Shown: positions 1 to 10,220 of the stretch, one piece after another
Numbering within the stretch: position 1 is the stretch's first letter
Layout: each line of letters starts with the position of its first letter
Assembly (NCBI GenBank): GCA_050287845.1
Contig: JBNKCR010000055.1
Span: forward strand, 96,001 to 160,000
DNA length: 64,000 bases
DNA from: Polyangia bacterium
GTDB lineage: Bacteria; Myxococcota_A; Polyangia; JAAYKL01
Reading direction: 5' to 3'
Notes under the pieces: generated by a model
Databases searched by the model: none
Seen by the model: only the letters and a program-made list of their open reading frames with translations
What the model was told of the DNA's origin: nothing
Made by a program: the position numbers and the translations under genes

Positions 1-2
1 AC

Positions 3-2390
3 AACATTGTCACCGGATTCCTGCTGGTTCTGCTGGTGCTTCTGTTCGCCATGGGAATTCGCAACGCGTTCTTTGTTGCCATCGCGATTCCCATGTCGAT
101 GCTGATAAGCTTTGTGATTATCCAGGCCATGGATATCACCCTGAACATGGTGGTGTTATTCTCACTCATTCTGGCGTTGGGAATGCTGGTGGACAACTCC
201 ATCGTGGTGGTTGAAAATATTTACCGACACGTATCGGAAGGCGCCAGCAGAAAAGAAGCTGCTCTCGCAGCCACCCGGGAGGTGGCATGGCCGATTATCG
301 CATCCACCGCAACCACGGTAATGATGTTCGCCCCCCTGCTTTTCTGGAGCGGCATCATGGGTGAATTCATGAAGTATCTCCCCATCACGGTCATATCGGT
401 GCTGACTTCTTCACTGTTTGTGGCGTTGGTTATCAATCCGGTTGTTGCATCGAATTTCCTCAAACCATCGGGAGAAAAAATGTTCGATGACACCGGTCAT
501 GCCCAGGGATTCATCACATCCCGTTATCAGAAATTTCTCAACTGGGGACTCAATCACCCCTGGTTGACTCAACTGTGTGCCGCAGCCGTTTTCGCGGGAG
601 TCGTTATGCTCTTTGGTCGTTATGGACAGGGAACAGAGTTCTTTCCCAATACCACACCGGAACGGGCTCAGATTACCATTTCCGCTCCCCAGGGAACAGA
701 TCTTGAACATACAGACGAACTGGTCCGCACCGTTGAAGAAATCGCCATCCAGGAGAAAAACGTCAAAAATGTGGTCGCCAACGTGGGAATGTCCCGCGGT
801 ATGGTGCAGCTGGGCTCCCCCACCAATGAAGCGGTGATAGACGTTGAGTTCAAGGATCGGAAGGATTGCATCGGCTCAAGCTGGGATACCATTGAGCATC
901 TTCGGGAGGAACTGAAAAAGCTGGGAGGCGCGGAATATCGCGTTGAAACTGAAGAGATGGGACCACCGGCCGGCGCCGCCGTCAGTGTTGAGGTTTCGGG
1001 AGACAATTACGTGCAACTGAATGAGTATGCACAGCAAGTGAAGGAGTTTCTCAATGGCATTCGGGGTGTGGTCGACATCAAGGATGATTACGAAGCCGGG
1101 AAGCCCGAAATCAAAATAACCGTGGACAGAGAAAAAGCGATGATGCGCAAGGTGAACACCCAGAGCATCTCTACCGCCATTCGCGCCGCCATCAACGGCA
1201 TTGAGGCCAGTGTACTCCGGGAGGGGGAGGATGAATTTGACATCATTGTTCGCTATGATGAAAGTGCACGCCAGACCATCAATGATATTCTGGACATTCG
1301 GGTGACCGGCGAAGACGATGTGCAGATTCCGGTCCGTGACGTGGCCACGGTTTCCACAACCGGGGGATACGGAAGCATCAATCATATTGATCGCAAACGC
1401 ACCATCGCCATCACCGGCGATGTGGCCATGTCGTCCGGCAGAAGTAGCGGTGAAGTGATGACTGAAGTGGAGGCGTCACTCACAAAGGCGATGAAACTGC
1501 CGTCCGGGTACAAGTTCAACTTTTCGGGTGAAAACGAAGAAGAAAAGAAATCCGCGGACTTTCTTGCCCGGGCGTTCATGATAGGTTTCATGCTGATGGC
1601 ATTGATTCTGATTACCCAATTCAACTCCGTGATGCGCCCCGGTATCATTCTGGCGTCCGTAGTCATGTCGATGGTGGGGGTTCTGGTGGGGCTGATGATG
1701 ACCCAGAGCAAATTCTCCGTTATGATGACCGGTCTGGGAATTATCTCGCTCGCCGGCGTGGTAGTGAATAACGCTATCGTACTCATTGACTACACAGACC
1801 AATTAAAAAAAGGCGGGCTACCGCTCAAGGAAGCGCTGCTTCGCGCGGGCGTGGTGCGATTCCGTCCGGTGATGCTGACAGCGGTCACTACCATTCTTGG
1901 GCTTTTGCCCATGGCATTGGGTATCGGAATTGATTTCACAACGCTTCTGAATACCGGTGAAATCAACATCGAAATGGATGCATCATCTTCCGAGTTCTGG
2001 GGGCCCATGGCTCAGTCGGTATGCTTTGGATTGTTGTTTGCAACGTTGCTGACCCTTATTCTGGTGCCGGCGATGTATCAGTCGCAAAATTTAACTGCCG
2101 GTTTTTTAGGTCGTCTCTTTGGACTTCAAAAAAAGGACACAGCTGTTAAAGAGAAAAACAGAAAATTAAAAAAAGGCGACAAAAAAGGCGACAATGATAC
2201 CAGCTCGTCAGCGCCCCATGGGATGCAATCGGAATCACAAAAATCCGATGACGTACAGGATGGCGCACCATCCGAAAGTGACGCGTCGAATACAGATTCG
2301 CCCCCCCTGTCCACCGGCACGGGAGATGCAAAACGCGACTCGAATCGAAGCAGGAAAAAGAAACATTTGAAGAAAAAGGATCGAAAATGA
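3..2390 (+). CDS. RND efflux permease, AcrB/AcrD/AcrF family (5' truncated by the window edge)
   Basis: Frame is open from position 3. Motifs GMLVDNSIVVVENI, GVVVNNAIVL and RFRPVMLT. Disordered Lys-rich C-terminal tail. Confidence 0.95.
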   Translation, partial: NIVTGFLLVLLVLLFAMGIRNAFFVAIAIPMSMLISFVIIQAMDITLNMVVLFSLILALGMLVDNSIVVVENIYRHVSEGASRKEAALAATREVAWPIIASTATTVMMFAPLLFWSGIMGEFMKYLPITVISVLTSSLFVALVINPVVASNFLKPSGEKMFDDTGHAQGFITSRYQKFLNWGLNHPWLTQLCAAAVFAGVVMLFGRYGQGTEFFPNTTPERAQITISAPQGTDLEHTDELVRTVEEIAIQEKNVKNVVANVGMSRGMVQLGSPTNEAVIDVEFKDRKDCIGSSWDTIEHLREELKKLGGAEYRVETEEMGPPAGAAVSVEVSGDNYVQLNEYAQQVKEFLNGIRGVVDIKDDYEAGKPEIKITVDREKAMMRKVNTQSISTAIRAAINGIEASVLREGEDEFDIIVRYDESARQTINDILDIRVTGEDDVQIPVRDVATVSTTGGYGSINHIDRKRTIAITGDVAMSSGRSSGEVMTEVEASLTKAMKLPSGYKFNFSGENEEEKKSADFLARAFMIGFMLMALILITQFNSVMRPGIILASVVMSMVGVLVGLMMTQSKFSVMMTGLGIISLAGVVVNNAIVLIDYTDQLKKGGLPLKEALLRAGVVRFRPVMLTAVTTILGLLPMALGIGIDFTTLLNTGEINIEMDASSSEFWGPMAQSVCFGLLFATLLTLILVPAMYQSQNLTAGFLGRLFGLQKKDTAVKEKNRKLKKGDKKGDNDTSSSAPHGMQSESQKSDDVQDGAPSESDASNTDSPPLSTGTGDAKRDSNRSRKKKHLKKKDRK

Positions 2391-3922
2391 AATATTCAAT
2401 GAACATCCTGTTGTCCGTTATGGTGGGATGCGCCATGCTTTTTTCTGGTCTGGCCATGTCCCAGACGCCGGAGACTCCATCGGCAGAAACTGACGATGCC
2501 AGGGACGCAGCTTCCGCAGATACAGCGTCGGAAAATCGTGAAACCGACACCGCCGACATGCCTCCGGTGCCGTTTTCAGAAGATAAGGGTGCCGCACTGC
2601 CCCGGATGACCGCAGACAGCTATCAGTTCAATGAGTCCGGTCCCCTGATCTCCCTGGAACGCGCGCAGCAGCTGGCCAGGAAAAACAATCCCTCTTTCCG
2701 AAACCTGGATGAACAGATTTATCAGTCTGAAGTACTCATCAAATCCGCCTGGGCGATGCTTCTTCCAACTGTCAGCGCTACGGCACAATTAATTCGGAAT
2801 CGGAAGGAGGCCAGCATGGCACTTCCTGATTTCCAGGATCCGAATTTCGGTCCCGCACTACTGGGCACCGCACCAATACCCATGGGGGATAAAATCGTCA
2901 TGCAGAAGAAATGGCAATCCTCCATTGGGCTGACAACAAACGTCACGTTGTTCAACGCCCGTTCCATTCCGCTGATTCAGAATGCGTATGACATGGTGGA
3001 CCAGCAGCGGCTCAAAGCACAGATTGCCCGCAACGACCTGTTATTCGCGGTAACCAGCGCCTACTACCAGATTGCCAATCTTCGGGAGCTGGTCAACGTG
3101 TATGCGGACAACATTACGGTTGCCAAAGAATCCCTTCGCATGGCGGAAGCGCGGAAGCTCGTAGGCCAGGGGACGCAGATTGATGTGATGCGCGCACAGA
3201 TACAGCTGAAAGAGATGGAACAGACCCTGGCCGATGCGGGGGATGCATACAACACGGCGAAACGAAGCCTTGCCCTGTTTATCGGAGTTAAAGGCGACTT
3301 TCAGTTGGTTATGCCCAGGCAGATTCAGAATGTGGAACAGACCGAAGCATCACTGACCGACTCAGCGTTGAGCAATCGCGTGGAACTCAGAAGCGCGGAG
3401 ATGGACGTGGTATTGGCACGCCGCATGATTGAAGAGACCCGAAACAAGTGGATTCCAAAATTTGACGCCACCTTCAAGGTGGACCTCAGCAATGTGGAAG
3501 GCTTCAGTGGCGAAAAGGTGAACTGGATGCTCATCTTCGGTATGAACTGGTCCATTTTTGAGGGAGGTGCGCGACTTGCGGAAAGAGACGAAAGAGCGTC
3601 GAAGATTCGTATGGCGCAGAACCAGATTGATCAGCTGAAACTGGACATAAAAACGGATGTTGCAAACAAAGTACAGGACAAAATCTCAAAACAGCGCAAG
3701 CTGGAGGTATCCGGAGAGCTGGTGGCACTGGCCGAAGAAAATCACAAAATGATTTCGAAGCAATACGAAGTAGGCATGGCCAATAGTCTGGAGCTCACCG
3801 ACGCCGCCAATGAACTGGCGAATAAAAAAGTCATGCAGGTGGTGGCCAAACTGGAATACGAACTCGCCCTGCTGACCCTGGGCAAAACCGTTGGCGAATA
3901 CTCCTCGCTCGCACTGAAATAG
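2387..3922 (+). CDS. TolC-family outer membrane efflux protein
   Basis: Signal peptide, two OEP-like repeats (AMLLPTVS; NKWIPKFD...SIFEGG), ATGA overlap with the RND gene. Confidence 0.9.
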   Translation: MKYSMNILLSVMVGCAMLFSGLAMSQTPETPSAETDDARDAASADTASENRETDTADMPPVPFSEDKGAALPRMTADSYQFNESGPLISLERAQQLARKNNPSFRNLDEQIYQSEVLIKSAWAMLLPTVSATAQLIRNRKEASMALPDFQDPNFGPALLGTAPIPMGDKIVMQKKWQSSIGLTTNVTLFNARSIPLIQNAYDMVDQQRLKAQIARNDLLFAVTSAYYQIANLRELVNVYADNITVAKESLRMAEARKLVGQGTQIDVMRAQIQLKEMEQTLADAGDAYNTAKRSLALFIGVKGDFQLVMPRQIQNVEQTEASLTDSALSNRVELRSAEMDVVLARRMIEETRNKWIPKFDATFKVDLSNVEGFSGEKVNWMLIFGMNWSIFEGGARLAERDERASKIRMAQNQIDQLKLDIKTDVANKVQDKISKQRKLEVSGELVALAEENHKMISKQYEVGMANSLELTDAANELANKKVMQVVAKLEYELALLTLGKTVGEYSSLALK

Positions 3923-4129
3923 GCACGTTCCCAAAGCAAACTCCGACGAATTGCGCCAACAAAACTGATCCACATTGATGTCTCCCCACTGGTTCGTACT
4001 CTGATCCGCAACTTCAATTCTGGCCTTTTTCCGATAAACCGTTCCACGTTCCAGAAACTGCAGGTATTCTTTAAACGACACAGCAGACATGCCGGGGGAT
4101 AAATATTTTTTTTGCACTCCGGAAGGCAA

Positions 4130-6133
4130 TTATTTATTCAGAAGGGCCTTCGCGCGCGCAAGAACGTTGTCCACGCTGAATCCGAACTCGCGAAGCGCAA
4201 TGTCTCCCGGACCACAATGTCCGAAGCCATTGATCCCTATCACATCGCCGTCGTTCCCGGTATAGCGCTCCCATCCGAATGGACTGCCTGCCTCAACGGC
4301 CAGACGTTTACGGACATCGGTCGGAAGAATGGATTCCCGGTATGCATCGGACTGGATGTCAAACAGCTCAAACGACGGCATGGATACCGCCCGGGCTTTC
4401 ACGCCGTCCGCAGCAAGCTGCCGTGCGGCCTCGACACACAGGTGCACTTCCGAGCCGGTACCTATCAGAATAATTTCGGGTGTTCCGTCGCATTCAAACA
4501 CGGTGTAGGCGCCCCTGGCCACATTGTCTGCCGTGGACATCTCCAGTTGCGGCAGATTCTGACGGGTCAGGGCCAGGGCTGTCGGCGCATTTCTTCTCTC
4601 CATAGCCACTTTGTAGGCACCGGAGACTTCATTGCCATCAGCGGGACGGATAACGGCGAGATTTGGAATCAGACGCAGCGATGTGACATGCTCCACCGGC
4701 TGATGGGTGGGGCCATCTTCTCCAACGGCAACGGAATCGTGGGTAAAGACATACACAACCCCCGCATCAGAAAGTGCTGCGATACGAATGGCGTTTCTCA
4801 TATAATCGGCAAACACCAGGAAAGTGGCACAGAACGGTATCAACCCGGAACCATGTAACGCAATCCCATTGCTGATGGCCCCCATGGCGTGCTCTCTCAC
4901 GCCAAACCGGATGTTGCGATTCTCGTATGCGTTTTTCTGGAAATCACCGCTGCTTTTAATGAGGGTCAGATTCGATGGTGCGAGATCCGCCGATCCACCG
5001 AAAACACCACTGAGTGCACCGGCTGCCGCGTTAAGGGCGATGCCCGAAAGAGCCCGCGTTGCCATGGGCTTGTCTTCCGGCGTATATACCGGCAGTGCAT
5101 CTGCCCAGTCCTGTGGCAGCTTGCCAGAAATCTGCGCCTGATACGCAGCATGTTCAGCGGGATATGCTTTTTCATATTTGTCGACCATTGACCGCCATTC
5201 GGTTTCGGCCGCAGCCCCCCGCGTCACACACGTCTTCATGTTTGCTTTCACGTCTTCGGGAATTTCAAATGGTCCGGCTGTCCACCCGAGATGCTTGCGG
5301 GCACTCGCCAATTCGTCTGCCCCGAGCGGCGACCCATGACATCCGGAAGTTCCCTGTTTGTTCGGCGCACCGTATCCAATGGTGGTGTGCACGCGAATCA
5401 ATGTGGGTCTGTCGACAGTTTCTCTGGCCAGACGCAGGGCTGCTTCAATGCCTTCAAGATCGGTATTGCCGTCTTTCACCTCAAGCACCTGCCAATTGTA
5501 CGCTTCAAAACGTCTGGTCACATCCTCGGTAAATGCCAGAGTAGTGGCTCCGTCAATGGTGATCTTGTTGTCATCGTACATCACAATCAGCTTGCCGAGC
5601 CCAAGATGTCCCGCCAGAGACGCGGCTTCGCTGGAAATACCCTCCATCAGGCAACCATCCCCTGCGATGCAATAAGTAAAATGATTGATAATCTCATGTC
5701 CCGGCTTGTTGTATGTCGCCGCCATGTGACGTTCCGCGCAGGCCATTCCCACGGCATTGGCAACGCCCTGCCCGAGTGGTCCAGTGGTCACTTCCACCCC
5801 CGGAGTTACTGTATTCTCAGGATGACCGGGGGTCTTCGAACCCCACTGACGAAATTGCTTTATATCTTCAAGCGTCGGAGATTCGTACCCGGTCAGGTGC
5901 AGAAGCGAATACAGCAGCATGCTTCCGTGCCCCCCGGAAAGAACAAATCTATCCCGATTCGGCCAAGCGGGATTTTCAGGATTGTGATTCATGATTCGGT
6001 TCCAGAGCACGTATGCCATCGGTGCGCCGCCCATGGGTAACCCGGGATGACCGGACCTGGCTTTTTCAATGGCATCGGCGCTCAGGAATCGAATTGCATT
6101 AATTGAGGCAAAATCAATGTCTTTTGTACTCAT
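4130..6133 (-). CDS. tkt: Transketolase
   Basis: [49 protein letters not shown]. Confidence 0.98.
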   Translation of the reverse strand: MSTKDIDFASINAIRFLSADAIEKARSGHPGLPMGGAPMAYVLWNRIMNHNPENPAWPNRDRFVLSGGHGSMLLYSLLHLTGYESPTLEDIKQFRQWGSKTPGHPENTVTPGVEVTTGPLGQGVANAVGMACAERHMAATYNKPGHEIINHFTYCIAGDGCLMEGISSEAASLAGHLGLGKLIVMYDDNKITIDGATTLAFTEDVTRRFEAYNWQVLEVKDGNTDLEGIEAALRLARETVDRPTLIRVHTTIGYGAPNKQGTSGCHGSPLGADELASARKHLGWTAGPFEIPEDVKANMKTCVTRGAAAETEWRSMVDKYEKAYPAEHAAYQAQISGKLPQDWADALPVYTPEDKPMATRALSGIALNAAAGALSGVFGGSADLAPSNLTLIKSSGDFQKNAYENRNIRFGVREHAMGAISNGIALHGSGLIPFCATFLVFADYMRNAIRIAALSDAGVVYVFTHDSVAVGEDGPTHQPVEHVTSLRLIPNLAVIRPADGNEVSGAYKVAMERRNAPTALALTRQNLPQLEMSTADNVARGAYTVFECDGTPEIILIGTGSEVHLCVEAARQLAADGVKARAVSMPSFELFDIQSDAYRESILPTDVRKRLAVEAGSPFGWERYTGNDGDVIGINGFGHCGPGDIALREFGFSVDNVLARAKALLNK

Positions 6134-6288
6134 TATCTCTCCACCTTCAGTTGATTACAGAATGAACCCCACCGGTTGCAAAACACATTTGTGAGGCTGG
6201 AATTTGGTGTATCTATTAACACCCCCAGTCACTTTCGGCCAGTATTTTCAGGGAAAAAGACGGCACCATCCACCTTGCGACAGACACA

Positions 6289-8532
6289 TTAAATGAGACC
6301 GCGATTGCGCCGAAGCCACCATTCTCCCAATGCCAGACCGAAGAGCAGCAAAAACGCCAGGGGATGAGACCATAGCGCGGTATCCTTCCTCGAAAGCACG
6401 CTATCCCCTTGAACTGATTTCAATTTCAAATCTTCAACGCGAACATCGCCATCGAAAAATTCCCCACCGGTGGCTTCGCTGATGTCCCGCAACACCGCCG
6501 CATTGGGCGACAGATTGTTCATTTCCAGATTCGCCGAAGCCACCAGAAAGGAGTCGGTTATTTCGAGATTTTCTGAGGGTACAGACACTCGAACCCTGTG
6601 CGGGCCACTGTCCGTGGGTCGCCAGACTTGACGATACTTACCCGAGCTGTTGGTTACTCCTTCGAGGGTTTCAGACTGAAGCTGCTGATTTTCGCCCTGC
6701 CAACTGATTTGAATGTTCAATTTCTCACCAGCCGCAGACGTGTAATCCCGATTCATCACCGAAATGCCAATGTTGACCGGACCACCTCCACCGGAATTCT
6801 CCCCTTCCCGTTCAATATCCACTATCAACCGCGAAAGCTCCCTGGACCGGGTCAACCATCGGATGGCCTGTTTCCAGAACTCCGAATAATAGCCGGAGGG
6901 TGCGCCGGTCATCGCTGCGCTGAAGCCCCAGTTCCACAGGCTGTCCGTGGCAATCACCAGTGTGCGACCACTCCCCGATTCTGAAACGGCCATCAGGGGG
7001 ATGCCATGGTCGCGGTCACGGATATGCGAATGGGCCATCAATACCTGCGCATCATTCTGAACGCGCTTCATATGAACGATACCGTTCAACCGGGGCAGCG
7101 AACGAATCTGCTCCTCCGGCAGATCATCTCTGCCGGTTCGCATGAACAATGGATGACGTTTTCCGGTATCAGTGAGTATCGGCGCGAACGGGGCGTCGCT
7201 GAGCAGTCTTGAAGAGGGTGTATTTGCAGATGGAAATGCGAGAGGCAATAATTTACCCAATTTTGACTGGGCAATCGCTGCCGAGGTCAATCCGTTCACG
7301 CCGCCCATCACAACCAACGCCCCGCCATCGTTCACGTAATCTGCAATCTGATCCAGATAGGCATCAACACCGACGGATTCGGGTGCGAAATCCTGAAATA
7401 CCACCACATCAAACTCTCTGAGATGCTCGGTGAACAGCTTCTGGGTGGGAAATGGAATCAACGAGAGCCCGGCGTTGCTCTGTGTGGTGGACTGATACGC
7501 AGTTCTCAGCAAATAAAAGGAAACCAAATCCACCTGTGGCCAGTTGGTCAACGTGTCCCTCAAAAAACGCTGGTCCCAGCTGGGGGCGCCGCTGACATGA
7601 AGAACGCGAAACTTGTCCCGGAGCACGTTCAGCTCCACAAATCGACTGTTGTTTTCAGTGATGTCTTCGTCCGGGTGAGCGGGGATTTCCACCTGGTAAA
7701 TATGTCGCCCCGGGTATTTGGGCACCACCTGAAATGTCAGTTGACCGAGTCCATCGATGACGGTCGCTGTTTTCTGTTGCAGTAACTTGCCGTCTTTCAG
7801 CAGATTCACCTTCACCTGAGTGAGCGGCAACCCGTGATTCTCCAGGGTGACCCGAATCGGGTTCACCTTCCTGGAAAAGGCAAAGTCATCCACCAGAATC
7901 TCTTTTACAAGTATATCTTTGCGCTCGCTGTCGCTCCCCACAAATGCCACGTTGAACGGCACTCCCAGTTCCCGGAATTTCTCAATCGGAGCGTTGGACG
8001 TATCGGCGCCGTCACTGAAAAGCAATACGCCGGCGAAGTGTCGTTCGTCGTTCAATCCCGCCAGATACGACACCATACTCTGAAAGCTGGTCGCACCCGG
8101 TTCAGCATCTTTCAGGGTCAATTGCTGTAAGCTTTCAACCGGGCCTGCAGATTTGGCAAAGGAAAAAAATTGGACGTCCAGCCCAGTTGGAGTCATGTGC
8201 GGCCCCAATGTGCGGTTGGCCAGGGAAAGGGCCGAAGACAGACGATTCCCCGTCTCCGGATACCCCATGGATGCAGAAGTATCAAACACAACAGCCACCG
8301 GTGTTGGCGTGGGCGATGTCCGGGTCACAATGAGGCTGGGCTGCATCAGCATGTATGTGGCACATCCACAGATAGCCAGCCGGACTCCGGAGACGCCCAC
8401 CCGAAATTGCCAGCCGTTCTGGGGATCGATACTGACGAACGTCCATATTGTCATCCCAATCGAGGCCACCAGCGCAAGCACAACGATGGGATTAGAAAAA
8501 GATAGAATGGAACTTATCTGCCACGATTCCAT
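6289..8532 (-). CDS. Membrane-anchored vWA plus class I glutamine amidotransferase-like domain protein
   Basis: N-terminal TMs, VVFDTSASM (MIDAS-like), LFSDGAD, GGALVVMGG, C-terminal EWWLRR. Typical partner of DUF4159. Confidence 0.8.
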   Translation of the reverse strand: MESWQISSILSFSNPIVVLALVASIGMTIWTFVSIDPQNGWQFRVGVSGVRLAICGCATYMLMQPSLIVTRTSPTPTPVAVVFDTSASMGYPETGNRLSSALSLANRTLGPHMTPTGLDVQFFSFAKSAGPVESLQQLTLKDAEPGATSFQSMVSYLAGLNDERHFAGVLLFSDGADTSNAPIEKFRELGVPFNVAFVGSDSERKDILVKEILVDDFAFSRKVNPIRVTLENHGLPLTQVKVNLLKDGKLLQQKTATVIDGLGQLTFQVVPKYPGRHIYQVEIPAHPDEDITENNSRFVELNVLRDKFRVLHVSGAPSWDQRFLRDTLTNWPQVDLVSFYLLRTAYQSTTQSNAGLSLIPFPTQKLFTEHLREFDVVVFQDFAPESVGVDAYLDQIADYVNDGGALVVMGGVNGLTSAAIAQSKLGKLLPLAFPSANTPSSRLLSDAPFAPILTDTGKRHPLFMRTGRDDLPEEQIRSLPRLNGIVHMKRVQNDAQVLMAHSHIRDRDHGIPLMAVSESGSGRTLVIATDSLWNWGFSAAMTGAPSGYYSEFWKQAIRWLTRSRELSRLIVDIEREGENSGGGGPVNIGISVMNRDYTSAAGEKLNIQISWQGENQQLQSETLEGVTNSSGKYRQVWRPTDSGPHRVRVSVPSENLEITDSFLVASANLEMNNLSPNAAVLRDISEATGGEFFDGDVRVEDLKLKSVQGDSVLSRKDTALWSHPLAFLLLFGLALGEWWLRRNRGLI

Positions 8533-9326
8533 TACGGAGTATCCTCACCGGCGTTGGAAAATCGCTTGTGTGGCATCTCGTCTTTGTAGTTGCCACACAG
8601 GGCATACATCACCAGATTCACACCGAGCCGAAACGCATTCTCCCGTTGCCTGCTTCCTCCCGGGACTTCGAATTCCCAGTTTCCGAGGTTATCTCTTGCC
8701 CAGGCGCCCCCCATATCGTGATCTCCCTGGATAACAGCCACCCGATCACCGATTCGGTATCCGGTCAGTCCTTCCGAACCTTTGTGAAGTCCCGCAGCAC
8801 TCTGTAACTCATAAAATGACCTGTATATGACGTGCCCCGGAAGTATCTGCTCGGATTCCTGGTCCGGGAAAATCGCCTTCAGAAATGTGGCAATGCTCTC
8901 TGCAAATTCCTTGCTGTCGCCGTCATCGGTAAATGCAGGGTCAATAATGAGAGTTCCGCCCAATTTAAGAAATCGCTGCAACACTTCAAGAGCAGAATCG
9001 GTAAACGGCGTAAAGCCGCGATCTCCGGACATATACAGCAACGGACTGGTCGCCAGCTTGCCGGCAAGCGGTCGGGTACTCGAAGGTTCCAGCGCGGAGT
9101 CGATGGCGGTTCGCTTCTGCAATTCAAACGCCAATCGGCGCAGGGCCGTTGGTCTGGGTTGCCAGTTTCCACCGGAATAGATTAACTGGGTCAAATCAAT
9201 TTGCGATGATGCACCAATGGCACGCCCTCCCCGCGACCACAACAGCGCGCCGGCGGCACACAGGGTTCCCATGAATGCACGTCTCGAAATCCCTGATGAA
9301 TGTTTCCTGTTTTCTGCGCTCAACAT
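8532..9326 (-). CDS. DUF4159 domain protein with probable Tat signal
   Basis: SRRAFMG twin-arginine motif, PLLYMSGD, GGTLIID, AFRLGVNLVMYALCGNYK. Start moved to ATG 9326 (ORF track 9419). Confidence 0.85.
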   Translation of the reverse strand: MLSAENRKHSSGISRRAFMGTLCAAGALLWSRGGRAIGASSQIDLTQLIYSGGNWQPRPTALRRLAFELQKRTAIDSALEPSSTRPLAGKLATSPLLYMSGDRGFTPFTDSALEVLQRFLKLGGTLIIDPAFTDDGDSKEFAESIATFLKAIFPDQESEQILPGHVIYRSFYELQSAAGLHKGSEGLTGYRIGDRVAVIQGDHDMGGAWARDNLGNWEFEVPGGSRQRENAFRLGVNLVMYALCGNYKDEMPHKRFSNAGEDTP

Positions 9327-9576
9327 AAAATACTTTGGGACGTTATTAATCCGTTTCCAATTTTTCACAACCATTGTATGAAAGCAATCTATATTCGTCA
9401 GGGGCGATGGCAAAGCCACGCTTAACTGATTAGACCGTATTGGCGTCGTTGTCGGGACAGAAAATACCTGTCTGTATCATCCGTTTTTTCGCCAATGGCA
9501 TGGTGAACCCAAGCTGTTTTTGAAACCAATCGGCTTTGCAATTGCCCACCTGACTTGCCCATTATGGAGAACGAAA

Positions 9577-10206
9577 ATGAAGCTTTCAATTTTCACAGTA
9601 ACTGCATGCACTATTACTCTTTCTCTTATTGTATCAACTGCAGCCCATGCCGAAGGCGAGCGCGACAAATTGCAACGGGACCATCATTTCCAGGGGGTCT
9701 TGAACGTCACCACCGGCAGTGGCTGGTACATGGTGGCGCCATACGACAAAAATAATCCGGCCAAAGCCTGCGGGTATCCGGATGACGGTCGAATGGGAGA
9801 AGCGGAACCGGTCTGCACTGGACGCTCCACCTGGTATGTGGATTTTCTGGGCGGATTCGGAGTTCGCCCCGGTCTCGAACTGGTGGTGATGTATCGTCAG
9901 GGTGTGGAATCAGCCACTCTCGGAAGTCCGCAGCCCCGCCGCATTGGAATGGGATTTAAAGTATATAAGCCAGCAAACAGTCTGATTAAAATGGGCTTCG
10001 GGGTGATTCCGTTGATTGATTTTTCAACCCGTCCCTCGGGTTCAGAAGAGCGAGGCGACCTTGTGATTCACATTCCCATTCTGCTTCAGTTTGATATTGT
10101 AAGATGGTTTGGCGCCTATGGTCAGGTCGCGCCCAATATATCCTTTATCTCGGAGTTTCGCTTCGACATCAACTTTGGTATCGGAATTCAGGTGCGATTT
10201 CCGTGA
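9577..10206 (+). CDS. Hypothetical secreted/outer-membrane beta-strand protein
   Basis: GGAG RBS, signal peptide ending AHA, amphipathic strands, C-terminal GIQVRFP. Confidence 0.6.
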   Translation: MKLSIFTVTACTITLSLIVSTAAHAEGERDKLQRDHHFQGVLNVTTGSGWYMVAPYDKNNPAKACGYPDDGRMGEAEPVCTGRSTWYVDFLGGFGVRPGLELVVMYRQGVESATLGSPQPRRIGMGFKVYKPANSLIKMGFGVIPLIDFSTRPSGSEERGDLVIHIPILLQFDIVRWFGAYGQVAPNISFISEFRFDINFGIGIQVRFP

Positions 10207-10220
10207 ACCGGGGGTGACAG

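Noticed and set aside
4112..6040. Plus-strand ORFs of about 250 aa
   Set aside because: Antisense to tkt with no motifs. The same applies to 17999-18928, 28908-29756, 30471-30980, 34029-35081 and 49056-49748.
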